Source: Methanomassiliicoccaceae archaeon (GTDB lineage: Archaea; Thermoplasmatota; Thermoplasmata; Methanomassiliicoccales; Methanomassiliicoccaceae). From it: a stretch of 64,000 bases of DNA. Position numbers and translations under genes: made by a program. The notes beneath the pieces were generated by a model that had not been told where the DNA came from, made no database searches, and saw only the letters and a list, made by a program, of their open reading frames with translations. Shown piece by piece: positions 62,607 through 64,000 of this stretch (position 1 is the stretch's first letter; every line of letters starts with the position of its first letter). The stretch spans positions 256,001 to 320,000 of the forward strand of contig CAVSJV010000017.1 in the NCBI GenBank assembly GCA_963728405.1, written 5' to 3'.

Positions 62607-63253
62607 CCATGCTCTCCGATAAGGGGCACGAACACCACCGAGCCCAGGGGGGACTGCTTGAAATCGCCACCCTCTCGGACGATGACCATCAGCTCCTGAA
62701 AGGCCCTACCGCCCACCGGGATGAGGAGCATACCGCCGTCGACCAATTGCTCCTTGAGCGGTTCGGGGACGTAGGGCGCCGCGGCGGTGACAAGGATGCG
62801 ATCGTAGGGGGCATGCTCCGGCAGCCCATTGGTTCCGTCGGAGATGATCACCTCGACCACATCCCCGTACCCCAGGCGTTCCAGGACCAGCTGCGCTCTC
62901 CGCCCGAGCTCCTCGATCCTCTCAATCGTGTAGACCTTACCCCCCGGGCGGACCAAATCCCCCAGCAGGCTGGCGTGGTAACCCGAACCGGTGCCTATCT
63001 CCAGCACCCTCATTCCCGGCTGAAGGTCCAGGGCTTCCAGCATCATGCCCACCATGTGCGGCGCGGAGATCGTTTGCCCCTGGCCTATCGGCAGCGGGGT
63101 GTCCTGGTAGGCGGCGTCCCAGGCCTCCGCGGGTAGGAACTCGTGGCGCGGCACGCGCTCCATCGCCTCCAGCACCCGGGAGCTGCTCACGTAACCATAG
63201 CGCTTCAGGCGTTGGACCAGCTCGTGCCGTTCCTCCTCATACATGCCGCTCAA
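62594..63253 (-). CDS. pcm: Protein-L-isoaspartate O-methyltransferase
   Basis: GQTISAPHMV, VLEIGTGSGY, APYDRILVTAA, FVPLIG. Confidence 0.95.
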   Translation of the reverse strand: MSGMYEEERHELVQRLKRYGYVSSSRVLEAMERVPRHEFLPAEAWDAAYQDTPLPIGQGQTISAPHMVGMMLEALDLQPGMRVLEIGTGSGYHASLLGDLVRPGGKVYTIERIEELGRRAQLVLERLGYGDVVEVIISDGTNGLPEHAPYDRILVTAAAPYVPEPLKEQLVDGGMLLIPVGGRAFQELMVIVREGGDFKQSPLGSVVFVPLIGEHGYRE

Positions 63254-63849
63254 TATCTTGTAGTACGCACCGCCTTGGTATAAATCCTGACGATGTCCCG
63301 GGCCGCCACGCTCCCTCGGCGCACGCTGCCTTCCTTGGCCTTGATGCTGTGGATGACCACCTGCTCCTTCCCGACGGTCATAAGGTCCCCCACGAAGAAC
63401 TCCTCGTCGGGCATGGCATCGACCTGGGTCGGGATGGTCTTGGTGTGCTTATTGATGGAGACCTTCACGATGACCTTATCGAACTTCTTGGCCCAGATGG
63501 TCGATATCTCCTTGGTGTCGCACTTCTCCACCCGGCGCCCGTCGCACTCCAGGCCGGTGACCAGGAGATGGGTGTCTCCGAGATACAGCTCGTCGTTGAG
63601 ACCGATCATCTCGCCCGCTTCCAGCTCGATCTCCTCCTTCTTGGAGGTGCCCAGCTCGGAGACGATGATGGGCACCTTGAGCATCTCTGGCTCGCGGACC
63701 ACGGTGGAGTAGGTGTGCTGACATTCCTGGCACTTCACCGTCGCTTCCATGCTATCCTGCTTCTTACTGATCTTTCCCTTGAGGACCTCATGGACGGCAT
63801 GTTCCCCGCAATTGGGGCAGTCCAGGTAGAGCGCGTTAGGTACAGTCAT
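63250..63849 (-). CDS. Conserved archaeal zinc-finger protein (HVO_0476-like)
   Basis: CPNCG...HEVLKG...C..C; typical position upstream of pcm. Confidence 0.8.
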   Translation of the reverse strand: MTVPNALYLDCPNCGEHAVHEVLKGKISKKQDSMEATVKCQECQHTYSTVVREPEMLKVPIIVSELGTSKKEEIELEAGEMIGLNDELYLGDTHLLVTGLECDGRRVEKCDTKEISTIWAKKFDKVIVKVSINKHTKTIPTQVDAMPDEEFFVGDLMTVGKEQVVIHSIKAKEGSVRRGSVAARDIVRIYTKAVRTTRY

Positions 63850-63897
63850 CTCAATCCAACTGCAACCATGAACCTTATGAGGGAATAAAATTATCGC

Positions 63898-64000
63898 TCA
63901 AGCAAACCTATAAAAACGTTCGATCGCGAAGGGGGCGCCGTGACCGGGGACGATCACCTCGGCCTCGTCAACGATGCGGCGCATGCTACGCAGTGCGGTG
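63898..64000 (-). CDS. C-terminus of a metallo-beta-lactamase-fold protein, truncated by the window edge
   Basis: Hand translation ...SMRRIVDEAEVIVPGHGAPF...*. Confidence 0.65.
   Translation of the reverse strand, partial: TALRSMRRIVDEAEVIVPGHGAPFAIERFYRFA

Noticed and set aside
61940-63136. 398-aa HAD ORF overlapping pcm antisense
   Set aside because: HAD motifs end near 62560; an alternate frame stops at 62606; the extension is the pcm shadow.

Overview
Gene-dense, roughly 60% GC archaeal chromosomal segment. Ribosomal protein S17e, archaeal-type tRNAs, an MtaA-family methyltransferase, HypE and ThyX point to a methylotrophic methanogen, most likely Methanomassiliicoccales-like (inference). 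It holds about 65 CDSs, four tRNAs (Arg-TCG, Val-TAC, Thr-GGT, Arg-GCG), a thyX gene interrupted by an AT-rich HNH-carrying intein, and a ~5.5 kb decayed element bounded by a 15-bp duplication of the tRNA-Arg(TCG) 3' end. About 20 genes, including housekeeping ones, are split by single-base frameshifts, which looks like unpolished long-read consensus error and limits every base-level claim. Most unusual signal: six unrelated genes have a well-spaced Shine-Dalgarno followed by a near-cognate codon (ATT, ATC, ATA twice, ACG, CTG) where the family N-terminus should begin, clearest for Fpg (ATT-P-E-L-P-E-V). This suggests routine non-AUG/GUG/UUG initiation. An HNH nuclease also has an in-frame TAG inside its active-site motif (pyrrolysine candidate). 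No database searches were run; product calls rest on motif recognition.
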